Below are positions 42,904-54,950 of a stretch of 64,000 nucleotides of DNA, one piece after another (positions within the stretch are counted from its first letter, which is position 1; each line of letters starts with the position of its first letter). Both the position numbers and the translations under genes were made by a program. The notes under the pieces are model-generated. The model made no database searches. It saw only the letters and a program-made list of their open reading frames with translations, and had not been told where the DNA came from. The DNA is taken from assembly GCA_000091205.1 (NCBI GenBank), contig AP006486.2. One strand, given 5' to 3'. This stretch comes from Cyanidioschyzon merolae (Eukaryota).

Positions 42904-43698
42904 GTGATGGTGTTTGTTGCACCTGTTCTACGACACGTGAGCAAGCACCGGGCAAGGAGCAAGCGACTGGTGCGCGCAAGCGTCAGCACGACGGAATGGT
43001 ACGTGCCGGCGACACTGGCCCCCAGGGTGTCGGTGAATAACACCCAGAATCTTCGCAACTGGAGCGCGCCAGTGCGAACCGTTCGCGTCCCTGTGGCTAC
43101 GGTAGGCGTTGGTTCCGTTGAACAGCACCAAAAGCACCTCGGACACCGCATAGCGTTTTGGCTTCGGCGCGAGACCCGTCTGCCGGACTGGGCTACCTTG
43201 ATGTTGGTGTCAGCGCTTCCTGTTGTTGAGCTACGCGGTGGCGTGCCGGTAGGGCTCTGGCTCGGTTTGTCGCCGGCCGAGACTTTTCTCTTCTGCGTTA
43301 TCGGCAACATGCTTCCAATACCGTTTCTAGTTTTTGGTCTTCGACACGAGCGGATGCGTCGCCTCGCGCGCCCCCTGTTGGACTCTGTGGCGCGGCGCCT
43401 GCCGAGTCATGCGAATACCCCGTCGAGTCAGGCGCTGGCCCTGGCCTTGTTTGTTGGCGTACCATTGCCGGGCACTGGAGCGTGGTCTGGCGCTATTGCC
43501 GCGTTCCTTCTGCAAATGGACATCTGGCTTGCGCTGGTCTCCATCGCGGCGGGCGTCGCGATCGCTGGCTGCATCATGATTGCACTCGTTCTAATGGGAC
43601 GCATCGGTGGACTCATTGTCGCGTTTGCGCTTTTAGGAGTTGGTGCTAGTGCGCTGTGGCGCATGCTGAAACCACCGTCGTCGGCGGAAAACTCGTGA
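42904..43698 (+). CDS. Polytopic membrane protein, 'small multidrug export' (PF06695/COG2426)-like
   Basis: 'LMLVSALPVVELRGGVPVGLWLGLSPAETFLFCVIGNMLPIPFLVFGL' and 'LALALFVGVPLPGTGAWSGAIAAFLL' resemble the conserved PIiElRGaiPlG...GN.lP and GvPlPgTGaWtGa blocks of that family. The true start is probably an internal Met ('MLVSALP', about 43198). Confidence 0.45.
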   Translation: MMVFVAPVLRHVSKHRARSKRLVRASVSTTEWYVPATLAPRVSVNNTQNLRNWSAPVRTVRVPVATVGVGSVEQHQKHLGHRIAFWLRRETRLPDWATLMLVSALPVVELRGGVPVGLWLGLSPAETFLFCVIGNMLPIPFLVFGLRHERMRRLARPLLDSVARRLPSHANTPSSQALALALFVGVPLPGTGAWSGAIAAFLLQMDIWLALVSIAAGVAIAGCIMIALVLMGRIGGLIVAFALLGVGASALWRMLKPPSSAENS

Positions 43699-46600
43699 CA
43701 TCAACGCCGCCGCATCTGAGTGGGTAAGGTCAGCAAGCTGCGTCCGCCTTTTGGCTGTTGGATCGCACCCAGTGGCATCATGGAGCTGTTCGGGACGATA
43801 TTTTGCTCTGATGCCAAGGGAGCACTCCTGGACACCGTGTGCGACTAGACAGTGGTGTCTGTACCGTCCGAGCGCGGAGCTTGTTTGCACCGACGTCTTA
43901 GACGGTGGTGTGCGAAAACGGTGATGTGGTGGTGGACGGCTTCTTGCGTCGTATAGCGGTACCGCCACTGACCCATTTACAAATATTCCAGCGGAAACGC
44001 AGGCCGATACAAAGTCAAGTATCGGAGCTCGGCTCGCTGCGTACGCATTACATTGTGCAAGCCTGGAGCGTCATGGTGGCTGTTCTCGCGCTTGCTCTGC
44101 GTTACGTCCGTGGACATTCCCAATCGGGGCACTGGAGCTGCAAATGCAACTTTGCAAGAATCCTTTTCGGTTTTGGGAGGCGATGGCGGGCGCTAACACG
44201 AGCATCTGGGGCCGAAAAAGTGCTTTTTAAGCATTTATCTACCAGCATCAGGGACACAAAGTGCACGCGACCTTATGAGCACACACCCCCGGATGGCGAT
44301 AGAGAGAGAGCATTGAACGCCAGTCGGCACGGTACTCTGCGACCTGTACGCTGTGGGCGTTACGAACGATCCCCGGTTCCTGGGCGATTCGACGCCCCGT
44401 GACTGGTGGTATGGGCGTCCAAGGCTGGCCTTGGCGGATCCGTTAGCCTCCGCCCTGTGCCTGGAACCTGCTGCCGTCGTAGTGCTGTTGCGCGATGCGT
44501 CTTGGGGCACGAGTACTCCAGAGGCGAGCGGTCTCCGTTCTGTCACGTGTGCGGCCAGCTGTGCATCGTTCGTTACGTGGAGAAGCTGCATTCAGAAGTG
44601 CAAGGAATCTTCTGAGGCGTGCAGCTCGATTCATAAGATTTAGGTGTCCACGGGGGATATGCATAGTGGAACTGTGAGCCACGGGCTGTCAGCTCCAAGC
44701 GTACGGCGTTGAGCACGGGCCCACAAGCGACGCGGCCATCTGTTTGATCTGATATGCACTCCTGAGTCGTCTGATCTTTTGAAGTCCAAGCAAAGTCGAC
44801 GCATCTACAGGGAATCTGACGCACGGACCTGAAATGCGGTCAATTTTGATGCAACCGAAGATTCTGGCTGGATGCGTTGGTGCTACAGCGTTAGAAATAC
44901 CGATGTGGTGCCTTGGTTCGCGATTCTAGGTTGCTTGCCTCGCAAGCAGGCATCGAGAGCACAGCGGTAGCCTTGTTCACGGTATGTAACTGCTCTAGAA
45001 TGCGAAGCGAGCGCAACTGCTGGCTGTTCACCGTAAGCAAACCAAATGATGTTCCGTGGATCCATAGCAGAGCGTCTGCCCGAGCAGGCAGCGTGACATC
45101 ATTGCGATCTGGATGTAACATGCTGGAGAACGATCCCTGAAGTCCCAAGGAGCGCTGGCCTCGACCTGGCTGCTGCCCAGATTGCTGGAATGCCGCGGTC
45201 TGCATGCCGCTTCTGCTTCTATATCAAACTTAAAAACGATCAGGTCATCCTGGCTTGCTCGAGTGTATACGCTAACGAGTGGACCTCATCCCATTGTCAT
45301 CAACAACAGCTTTTGAGATGTTTTTCAGCGACTTGTTCCTTTCCCTCTCTGTTTTCTTCGGATTTGAATACGTCGGACTCTCTTGTCAATCCAGCTTCAA
45401 TTTTAGCGGGCGAAGTATGTTCACACTAGCATTACCAGCTTGATTTCACTGTTCCTGGCTGTTGTCTAATCGTTTCATGCGCAGACGCAGATTGCGATGA
45501 TCGCTTCGCTTGGCGCTTGCACCTTCTCTGGGCGTATTCTCGATGCGCCCCTCACAGCAGTGACACTTAACTGTCGTAAGATATTCCCCAATGTCCAGCA
45601 CACGTCCTCCACCGAGGGCCATTCAGTGGCTCGCAAATGTATTTCTCTTCGCTTGGTACATGCCCTTGGCGAGCACAGAGGGCTCGCCTGGATGCGATCC
45701 TTCGGTTTCGATTCAAGAGCTGCACCCTGCGATCACTCGTTTCTGCAGTGCGGTACCGTCGGCGACTAGGTTGCCCGCTGCACCTGCAAACGCACAAGGG
45801 CCCATTCGATGCAAGCACTGTGGAATGTGATGTTGTCCGTGAAGGAACGACGCTCAGAATGAAAATCCATGGTGGAATAGGTATTGAGAAGAGTCGATCG
45901 GTTTATGCGCCCGAAATGCAAAAAGTTAGTGCACACTTTAGAAGAAATTATTGTTGCAGCTGTGCAAGTCCGAGTACAAGGCACTTCTACATACAAGCAA
46001 AAGAGACCGGATCTTCTGCATGCATAGATTTCGAGGGGTATCATGCTGCCGTGGAATGCCGTTCAGTGGATGCCCACAAAGAAAGAAAGATTTGTGCCTC
46101 GAGCTTGAACGGTTATAACAACGTTGCATGTGCAGAGAACATGCGACGTGAGCGTTCCATGTTGTCGATAGCCGACGTCGAGATTAATTCCCGTCAATTC
46201 AGGGCCCTGTATTGCTGCACCCACGAGATGCCTTGATACGCATAGATCGAAAAGCGTGCAGAGTGTCTGATTTTAGATTGCTGTATGAAACGAAGGGGGA
46301 AGCGTGGAGGCTCTTTCGTTTCCGCTAAAAAATGATATGGATGATATCCTTCATGAGACCTCGATCAAGGGCGTTGCGAATCATCTTGATCCCGGTGCAG
46401 AAACGAATTTCAGCGGCAAAGCGTCGACCTAGTCACTCCGAAAAACGACCAAGAATCCTAAAAATATGCGTACATTAGTTATCGTTTCTTACTGCATTCA
46501 AATGTCGAGAGTGTTCACTTATAAAGTGTTCGGAAAAATCGAATGCAAGGATAAAAGCGAGCGGTTTACTGTCCCATGAAAAAATATGACGGAAATGTCG

Positions 46601-47479
46601 CCAGCCTTGCAGTTCTCCACGCTAGAGAGGGCCCGTGCCTTACTTGGCAACCAAGTCGAGCGCGAAGCACGCTTGGCTACCTCCATTCCTGTCCTCGAGA
46701 AACGCAACCAGAGTTGCACTGCGGCGTTCGGAAGAATCCGAATGACGGCCGCCTCCAGATTCGTCACCCGCCACAATGGCATCGCTGGGGGCGCTGCATC
46801 GCCTCCTTGAGCGTCACCCGGCGGCTTGCACGCTCGGACCTGGAAGAAATCGCTTCAAGCGTTACGGTCTGCTGGTTGGTGCTCGGCTGTTCTGTGGTCC
46901 AGAGAATACCGCAAATCCCAGGTCGTTGAAGGCAATTACTGGCCCGGTCACGTGTCAGTGGGAACCGGTTCGATGTCTGCGCGCTTTGCTGCAGGCGATC
47001 TTTACACCAGGCGACGCCGAAAACATCGTCCTCGGTAAGCACTATCAAGCAGACTCTCGCTGCCTCATGAAACTCGCTGTCCAAGAGGCATGCAACAATC
47101 AGAAGCGTATAATTGTGTGTCCCCAAGCAGAAGCAGGCAGACTGACAATTACCAGCCACCTCGTTTCGCGCTTTGCTGGGGATGTGCTCGCAACAAAGCA
47201 CTGCTACCCCAGCGCCGCCGGGCTCCGGAAGCTCCACAGAGTTGTCTCCAATCGACATGGTGAATGTTCACCACTGTGCAACGGAGGACACGATAAGCGC
47301 AGCCTTGCGCCAATTCATCGTTGGTGTCTTGATGGAAGATGGCGTGTGAAATGCTGGTGGCATATCGAGAATGAGATCCAGGCCGCATTGCCCAGCGGTA
47401 TCCGCACGCACTGCCTAGAGAAAAGGCTGCACAAAGAATCGCGTTCACGCGCCTTATTCTTGGCCGGATGGAGAGCATG

Positions 47480-48391
47480 TTAGAAGCAGATCATCACAGC
47501 AATGGACTCGAGAAAGAGCAACGTTGCCACAGACAAGCACGCCATTCCCTGTACAGCAAGATACGGATTCAAACTAGGACGGATAAATGCGTACTGGCAT
47601 CCTGGTACGTTTCTACCAACTGGTCCACACAGAGGCGGAGCGGTCCCATCGCTAGCTCGATAGAACCCGCTGCACTGATAAATGTGCTGGAACAGACACC
47701 GGAGTTCCGGTCTCGTATCCCGCCAAGCAGCAAGCTCAGCTGACTCATCGCCTGCAGCATACACGATGCATAGCGCCGCCAGTAGCGCTAGCAGAACTGC
47801 GCAGAGCAGCGAGACTGTTCGGTAGAGAATACGCCAAGCATACTGTCTCGGAACAAGCGCACTTACGATCGCAAGCAGCAGCGTCAAGCTCCCGAGAACC
47901 ACGTACACAACTCCTTGTCCCAGGAACGCCCGGTATAGTCCGTTCCAGGCCAGTCGATTGACGAGTGCGTCCCCACTCTGCACCTGATTGTAGATGCCGA
48001 GACCAAGCACGGCTCCGGATGCAAGCGCCAAGTACGCGAGGAAGGCCGCCCGGTGCGCCGAAAAGCGTCGTCGACTGTTGTGCTTTCTCGGAGTCGTTAC
48101 CGCAACACTTGCTCTTTGTTGTGGTTGTTCTCCCTCCTGGGAAGCAGCGTTACTTTGTAAACCAAGGAGACCTTCCAAGTCGGCAAACCCGTGCGGGTCT
48201 CCATCAAGAGGCGGTGCAGAGGCAGCCTCGAGCTTCATGGGAGACCTGCGCAAAGTCCCCGAATCGACTCGATTGAAGATAAAATTGGCGCTGAACGTTT
48301 CTTTTCTGTTCCAGCGATGCATCCACAGCGTGTGCAGTCGGTGCCTGAACGCGACGAGGAGCAGTACGAGCTCCGTAAAAGTGTGAAGCAA
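47480..48391 (-). CDS. Four-TM membrane protein with tetraspanin-like topology
   Basis: Four hydrophobic helices: 'FLAYLALASGAVLGLGIY', 'VVYVVLGSLTLLLAIVSALV', 'LLCAVLLALLAALCIVYAAG', 'MACLSVATLLFLESIAVMICF'. A Cys-containing loop 'CLFQHIYQCSGFYRAS...PLCGPVGRNVPGC' lies between TM3 and TM4. The probable start is an internal Met ('MKLEAAS', about 48235). CSG replaces the CCG motif. Confidence 0.35.
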   Translation of the reverse strand: MLHTFTELVLLLVAFRHRLHTLWMHRWNRKETFSANFIFNRVDSGTLRRSPMKLEAASAPPLDGDPHGFADLEGLLGLQSNAASQEGEQPQQRASVAVTTPRKHNSRRRFSAHRAAFLAYLALASGAVLGLGIYNQVQSGDALVNRLAWNGLYRAFLGQGVVYVVLGSLTLLLAIVSALVPRQYAWRILYRTVSLLCAVLLALLAALCIVYAAGDESAELAAWRDTRPELRCLFQHIYQCSGFYRASDGTAPPLCGPVGRNVPGCQYAFIRPSLNPYLAVQGMACLSVATLLFLESIAVMICF

Positions 48392-49769
48392 GGCTTAGTT
48401 CAGCTTGAACGCCATCATGGTGGGTTTTCCCAGGGCGCAAGGGCCCACGAGCGCAAGGAACGGGAGGTACACAAGGGAGGACACGGACGCGGTGGCGCCC
48501 CTGGCAGCCTCGACGAGGAGATTTCTCGTGTTCTGAAAAAGAGTGGAGGAAAAGCTGAGGAGGCGCTGCGAATTGCACAGGAAGACGAAGAACCGTACGC
48601 GGAAGGAGAAGCTGAGGACGATGCTGAGGATGCGCACGCCGCAGAAGCCACAGGCACGGAGCCACTTGAGAACGGGTCCCTGGACGCTTCCGCACCGAGC
48701 AGTGCAACACCGGGGGAGAGCGTGCCGTAGAGACTATCGGACGTGTAGTTGGTCGGTGTCGCTGCGCCGGGAGTGTTCGTCGCGTTAGGAATGTTGGGGG
48801 AGTCTTGAGCTGCAACAGCAAAACGAGTCACTCGGGAGGTCTCAGTTCTGGTCGCGGGTCGACTGCGAGTGCTATTGAGAGCTCTGCACGTAAGTGTCAA
48901 ACATGTTCCGGAAACGGGCCAGTGGGACGACTTTTGCAACTCCTGGGCTTTGCGGTGTCTAGTATAGCGTTGTTTTCGGAACGGTCTCGAGACAGAAAGG
49001 GTTCGGCAATTCTAGTAGCAACAACCTGAATTGGACATACTGGACACGAGGCTGGCGCTCGCGGTTAACTGTTCGGAACATACGAATAGAAGAACAGTAA
49101 ACAATCTTTTACGAGTTGAGTGCGTTTCCCGGGCTATTGATGTAGCTCTCGAAATGATTGAAACGTCAGAGCACAGCATATATACTTGAGCGAGAGCCGC
49201 GCCCGCCGAGGATCCTCCGTGGATTCGAGGCCCTCCCATGAGATGCTTCAAGCGCTGAGACGTTGGCGAGACGCGGCGGCCGTGTGTAGAAATGATTCAC
49301 TAGGGAGCTTTCCAGGTCATTTTCATCATCGACAAAGAGGTTCGGAACGTTTTATGCTCAGAGTTTTTCCCGATTATCATGTCAGGGTCATGAATGGTTG
49401 TTCGCGGAAACTGTCTCGCCAGCAGGCGCGAAGATGACCTGAGAGACGAGCGTTGCAGCACGCCGAAGACTACTGGAGCCAATCTTCGACCGGTTCTCAT
49501 CACGTCGATGACTGTGCATGAACACATCTGGAATTCTGTAGCAGCGCAGTGCTTTCATGCGTTTCTGACGACGGAACCAAGAGGGCAACATCAGTAAAGG
49601 ATCTGTCGAAACTACAGGCCCGCGTCACGCTCGATGCTCTGCATATTTCGATATGTGGCATGGAGTCCATGCATCCCAATGCAAGTCCATTGATTGGTCG
49701 ACTCCGTATCTGATGCTTTTGTGGGAATATGCAAGTGGCATCCGTGCAAAACCTCCGGAACTGGAGCGG

Positions 49770-50455
49770 GTTGAGTGTGAAATTGCACCTAGGGTGCTGA
49801 CAAGCGACAAGCGCGGCATCGACGACTGCGAGAAAGAACTGAAACGAACCACTGACTAGCAGCTCGATAACAGTTTCTTTCGACCTTGATAGCAATCGAT
49901 GAAATCGGGAAAAGTTTCCGAATCTTCGAAAGTTTATCTTCCAGACGGAAGGTCCAGCGGTCCGGACGAGTCTGCGGGGCTAGTGCTTCATGCTTCCTCC
50001 AGTGCAAGGTGCTATGGCGAGACCTGCGTAGCTCGTCTGCAACACAAGCAATCGGGAAGTAGGGAAAGGAAGCCGCGCCTGGGCGTCGCCCTTGTCGCAG
50101 TGGACTCCTGGTAGATCGGTTCGCCCTGGCGCGGGCTCCCAGAACGATGATGTACTCCGACCCCGTGTCGGATGAGCCCTGCCTCGAGACGACGCCCTCA
50201 GTGGTCTTGCAAAGCCGCTACGTCTCAGTGCAGCATCTGCTTCAGCAGTATATCAGCGCTACGGAAGGTGCTCGCGGCAGGTACTCGGCGCAGGATAGAA
50301 CATACGAAACGACCAGTATATCCGAGACCAAGTATGCGTTATGGAACTTGGAGGTAGATGCCTTATGGCGGACGATTCCCCGGGAGCCATTATCGATTTC
50401 GAGTTCTGGGATCCATGGTCAATTGTCCACGGATTGTCATCGAAAAAAGAAATCG
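49770..50455 (+). mobile_element. SINE-like retroposon, copy C (plus orientation)
   Basis: The reverse complement of 49790-49900 matches the 5' region of copies A and B ('atcaaggtcgaaagaaactgttatcgag.tgctagtcagt'). The 3' end is '...gagttctgggatccatggtcaattgtccacggattgtcatcgaaaaaagaaa'. Confidence 0.5.
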
Positions 50456-50591
50456 ACCGCTGTGATCGAAGCGCTCGGGCCGAGGCGAGGCGCGATCTCG
50501 AATGCGGCGCGATCCAAGCGCTATGAGTATATATATAAATTTAGACGGTTGCATCGCCACCGGCATGGCGCGGTGTGCGCCAAGCAGAGAT

Positions 50592-50704
50592 CCAGTGATA
50601 GCTCACTCGCTTCCCATGCGAGGCTACGAGTTGGTAGAGCATTCGGCTGTAGTGGTACTTTGCATCTACCGAAGGGTCCCTGGTTCGAGTCCGGGTCACT
50701 GGAA
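50592..50704 (+). tRNA. tRNA-Tyr(GUA) gene with a canonical 15-nt intron and an additional 23-24-nt insertion in the D-loop; possibly a pseudogene
   Basis: Hand-folded: acceptor 'ccagtga'/'tcactgg' (7 of 7 pairs); 'ta'; D-stem 'gctc'..'gagc' with D-loop '...agttggta' preceded by an extra 'ctcgcttcccatgcgaggctacg'; anticodon stem 'ttcgg'/'ccgaa'; loop 'ctGTAg' (U33, anticodon GUA, purine 37); intron 'tggtactttgcatct' 1 nt 3' of the anticodon; variable loop 'gggtc'; T-arm 'cctgg ttcgagt ccggg'; discriminator A. A pol III terminator 'ttttttt' follows at 50707-50713. The architecture is near-identical to known tRNA-Tyr genes (…TAGCTCAGTTGGTAGAGC…CTGTAG[intron]…GGTTCGA.TCC…). Confidence 0.55.
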
Positions 50705-51389
50705 GATTTTTTTCGAAACTTGAGAATCTCGGGATCTGCTCGAAACCACTGCCTAGGTAAGTCATTTTCTGAATCGGGACTCTGCAGCAACTAGCCGATC
50801 CCCGAAAAATTTACAATTCTTGTTCGCAGCCTGCGCAAGGATACTTGCGTCCCGGCAGACGCTTGTCCCTTCCGCAAGCTCCAACGAGAGTGCCTGGAGG
50901 AATCATGTTACAGTCCGTCAAACATTCTAGGATCACCGGGTGCCGGGCATTTGGATAGTGCAAGGCCGCTGGATGCGTCTTTGCGAATTCTGTACACTCA
51001 CAGAATGGCTTCGCGTTTTGTTGATTCGTATCATATCCAGGCGCACAGTACGACACATGTGAGGAACGTGGACACAAGGCCGGAACCTGTGGAAAGAACG
51101 AATTTCCCGCGACTCCTGGGAGAATCTGCGCGGCATAAGAACAGCTTTGATTTCGCCGCACCACCAACCAGATGAGGACACACGGAGCAGTTGGCCGGCA
51201 GGTTTGTCCCGATCGCCGGATCTTCTTACAATGTAAACTTGGAGACTCGACAAAAAACCTTGCCCCCATTATGCGCTGCAATATATTAGAACAGGAGCCG
51301 TTCGCTAATTGCTCAACCGCGGTCTGTATTCGTTTATCCTGAATAACGATTCATTGGTTCCGGCACACACCTCGAAAGGAGGCACCGCC

Positions 51390-54145
51390 GCCTCCAAACA
51401 CCTCTCGAAAGTTCAACGACGTCACCGTTGTACAGTAGTGGCGAGTGACCCGCCCTAGACAAGAAGTCTCCGACTGCTATGCAGACGCCTCCGCGTCTTT
51501 CTCGACCGGCCAACTACTACTGCATCCAACTTTTTCTCATATACTTCGACTTTGAGAGGCTGTCCAACTATGTTCTCTCTTGTCGACTCTGGAGGTGTTT
51601 CCTCCAGCACTGCACATCGCCTTGTATTGATAGCGGCGATAAAGTACCGGCCCACAAACTCCATCCGTTTCGTGCCCCCGTTGGTTGTACTTACTAGCGT
51701 GAGTAGTCCACGAACTTTCGCTCTCCTTTCCACTTCCTCCTCCGTCAGCGGTCCGTACTTTGCTATTTCCTCAGGGCTCCTCTGGCAATTTTCCATTTCG
51801 ACCCTCTGAAGTGTGCACCCTAGCTCGTGTTGTGTGTAGGAGGTTCGGAACAGATCTATCGGTTTTGCAACGAAAAGCCTTGCGCACTCCTTGAACACCC
51901 TCGTCGTTGGAGCTGGCTTAGTGCCTTTCTTGGGCGCCCAGCGCCCTGCTCTGTATGCTGCTACTAGCCTCTGATTTTCACCCTCGTTCAAGGCGCTCAA
52001 CTGATTGAAAAAATTCGCGAACGCTCGCTACTTACCACAATACAGATTCATTCGCAAACGAGTCCATCGGGGCTTTATATACTCCTCCCACACCGCATCC
52101 CAATGCACAATGCGAACTTCCATGAATATTCCGAAAAGATTCAAAGTCCGCTCCACGGCTCGTCACCTTGCTCATAGCTTCCAGGTGCTTCTTCAGTCCA
52201 GCATTCATATCTCGATTTTCTTCCACTCATTCAATATACCGGATTCTCGATAGTATGTCGCTCTCGAGAACCTCAAAAGGCGCATATCGTTCTGACGAAA
52301 GTAACCGTCAGTAACATCTTCCGCGCGCTTGGGTACAGCGATGGTTACGATATTTGTGTTTCCGGTGTCCCCGCCAACGAAAAAGTCGATATCTTGCACT
52401 TTCTGCGTCACAGGATCCACCTCCTTCTTCTCTTCATGCTTCGCCGCGCCAACCATAACGTGGTTATCCTGCACTTTCTGTGTGGCAGGATCCGCCTACC
52501 TCTCATCTTCATCCTTCACCGCGCCAACGACAAGGTCGTTATCCTGCACGTTCTGTGTCGCAGGTTCCGCCCCCTTCTCATCTTGATCCTTCACCGCGTC
52601 AACAACAAGTTCGTTATTCTCCACCTCCTGCGTTGCAGGATCAGACTCCCCCTTTTCTTCATCCTTCGTGACGGGCGCAGCCGAGGGAGGGACTGGCCGA
52701 TCTTTCTTCAACCACCGATAGTGTACAGACATGGCTACTCCATCGGTTTCGATCATCCCTGTGAATACCTTTTATTTGCTGACTTTCACACGTTTGAAAT
52801 CGAAGATATTCTTCCACAAAGGCTCCCGGATTTCACCGGTGAGGTCCTCCCTGTTAACATTGAACTCCGGACTGATCTCCCTCATGATGCCGTAAAGGAC
52901 GCCTGAATCGATAGTCACAAAATGTGACTTGATGTTGCTCATTAGAACCACGTTGAAGCGCTTCCCCATTAGGACAGCCTTCCGTCTCTCCCATTCTTCA
53001 TTTCTTCCTCAAACAGCTTCATCTCCGCCTTCCGCTCGAGCTCCCGGTCCAGAAACACAAAATACCGCATTATGAGATAATAGTATCTTTCCTTATCTTT
53101 TTTCGACTCTGATATCATATCTCTTGGATTCGCCAACCACAGTACCGCACGTTGCTCTTGTCTAGCCGCACGGATCGCAGAAGCTTCGTTCGCGCTCTCG
53201 TTTACGCCTTCTCTCTGACAAATTCGACCTCATCTTCACGCTTGCGATCTTTCGTGATGGCCTTGATAGTCGCCCGTTTTCCATTGCGAGATAGGCCCGG
53301 GTAGAGTGCAACCACGGCACGTAACATAAAACGTTCGAGGTTCACTGTCAAATGGTCCTTCAGATTCGTGGGGTACTTCATGGGCCCATATGAGTGAACA
53401 TCCCGGTAACCCCAGTATCGAGTACCACTGAAGCTGTAAAAGGGATGTTTTTCGTGGAGGGCATGCACCCGCTCATTTTCCTTCCGAGCTTCCTCTGTGC
53501 CAAGCATCAGCTGACTAACAAAGGTCTTGTCGAAAAAATCTTTCGGAATCTCTACCGTTTCCATGTGGGTCACGTCGCGATCCATCTCCCTCGGCAAATG
53601 CATCAGTCCTGACAACGCGTTGACAATACTCTTGGAGTAAGAGGCCACATGTTTTTCGATAGCGTCTCGCAACTTACCCTGTAGGGATCCTTGATATGTC
53701 CAAGAAGGAAGGTTTTCACCACCTTCTCGTTGTAAAGTCGACTTTCTTGCCGCCTTCGATGTAGGGCCTCCTGCTTTCGGTTCTTCAGCTCTTCCTTTTC
53801 TTCAGGACTCGGCACTGCTTTTTGTTCTTTTCTGGCAGCCGGCGACCTTGGACCTCCAGGATCGTGGGCTTGCTTTTTCATAAATTTCCTTTTCTTGTTT
53901 TTTAAAGATAACGCTCTTTGAACGCTTCTGTTAGATACTGCGCAAAACACTTGACTAGACTTGTTTGAAGCTTGAAACGAAAATGAACAGAAACACTGTA
54001 CTTTGCTAGGACCTGAACGGAAATTTAACTTTTTTCCAGCTGAACAACACGCTAGAGATCATAATCACGTTTCCCTTCAACAGCGGCACGCGCGTCGTGT
54101 CTCATGTCTGTCTGATCTCCGAGGTGCACTCACCGAGCGCGATGC
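51390..54145 (-). mobile_element. TnpB/Fanzor-like element, copy 3 (diverged, nuclease-dead)
   Basis: Minus-strand ORFs 53603..53950 (NLS-like 'KNKKRKFMKKQAHDPGGP...'), 53202..53672, 52496..52756, 52205..52474 (RuvC-I '[17 protein letters not shown]') and 51455..52000 (zinc finger 'TSYTQHELGCTLQRVEMENCQ'). It reads through the position that is TAG in copies 1 and 2, but the RuvC-III motif has degenerated to 'GRYFIAAINT' (Asp->Tyr, tac at 51644-51646). 5' and 3' terminal blocks are homologous to copy 1. Confidence 0.65.
51455..53950 (-). pseudogene. Fanzor/TnpB-like nuclease gene, frameshifted and catalytically degenerate
   Basis: At least two frame changes relative to copy 1 (for example 'DPYRVSCETLSKNMW' versus copy 1 'DPYREKLRDAIENSV') and the RuvC-III D->Y substitution. 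Extra internal ATQ.V.DN.[LF]VV[DG]A repeats. Confidence 0.6.
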
Positions 54146-54837
54146 CTGCACCGCGCGAGACGCCTCAGCGATCGATGAAGGACACGTGTTCGACAACCCG
54201 CCTTGGCACATGCTTGTACGCATCGCACTGCAGCTGAAATAAACTATCGTAGATCGGAAATTGACGTAGAACGATCTCCTGCTATAGACTCTGTCGCTGG
54301 TGCCGACGCTACTGCCCATCGCAGTACCGCCCCGACATACAAGGGGCTGTTGGGGCCTGACACAAAACCCCTCGACGCTTCTATCAAAAGCGTAGCGTTC
54401 TCTGCAGCTTCCGCTTGTGTGGATGAGTTGTGCATCAATCTTCTCGTTAGGAATTTCATTTGTTTTATTGATCGTAACCAAACAAGGTAAGGTAGTATTC
54501 CTGGACTCGTATATGCGTCTGTTCGTGATGCTTGTTATGCATGCCGCACGGACGCTGCAATGAGGAAATGACCTGAATTGTGCTTCGATCTTGCGTCATA
54601 CGCTGGTACTGATGGCAGTTCAAGCCATTTGCATGCTATCGTCTTTGTCCAAGTTATGGTGCTTGCTACTCTCCCGGATCCGGTGATCTTGGTAGAGGCA
54701 TCGCATACATAGAGTGTCTATACTTAGCATTCCATTTGACCGACGCATCCGCCAAAAGCACATACTGTATTCTGATCTACTCTATAAGATTAGTTTCAAG
54801 AGCCTAACCCGAACATCGAGCCCGGAAGCGACAAAGC

Positions 54838-54950
54838 GAACAACGAATGCCTTTGAGAAAAACGCTGCCGCCCGCGGTGTACAATAGTGCCGAATGACCT
54901 GCCCTAGACATGAAGTCTCCAACTGACGTGCAGACGTTTGCAAAAAATAC
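54838..54950 (-). repeat. Solo 3'-terminal fragment of the Fanzor-like element (no ORF attached)
   Basis: 'acaacgaatgcctttgagaaaaacgctgccgcccgcggtgtacaatagtgccgaatgacctgccctagacatgaagtctccaactgacgtgcagacg' aligns with the 3' boundary block of copy 1 (16785-16890) and copy 3 (51400-51480), then diverges. Confidence 0.55.

Noticed and set aside
46776-47483. 235-aa Cys-rich plus-strand ORF abutting the tetraspanin-like gene
   Set aside because: No recognisable motif and no supporting signal. It could be a real lineage-specific gene, but I cannot support it from sequence alone.
48191-48730. 179-aa acidic ORF (HGGFSQGARAHERKE...EDEEPYAEGEAEDDAED)
   Set aside because: Its only Met overlaps the opposite-strand tetraspanin-like CDS. 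The non-overlapping part has no start codon and shows only compositional bias.
49770-50455. SINE-like copy C as the source of the tRNA-Tyr (tRNA-derived SINE head)
   Set aside because: The SINE homology ends at its A-tail about 135 bp upstream of the tRNA 5' end, and copies A and B have no tRNA-like sequence at the corresponding flank. I treat them as neighbours, not one unit.
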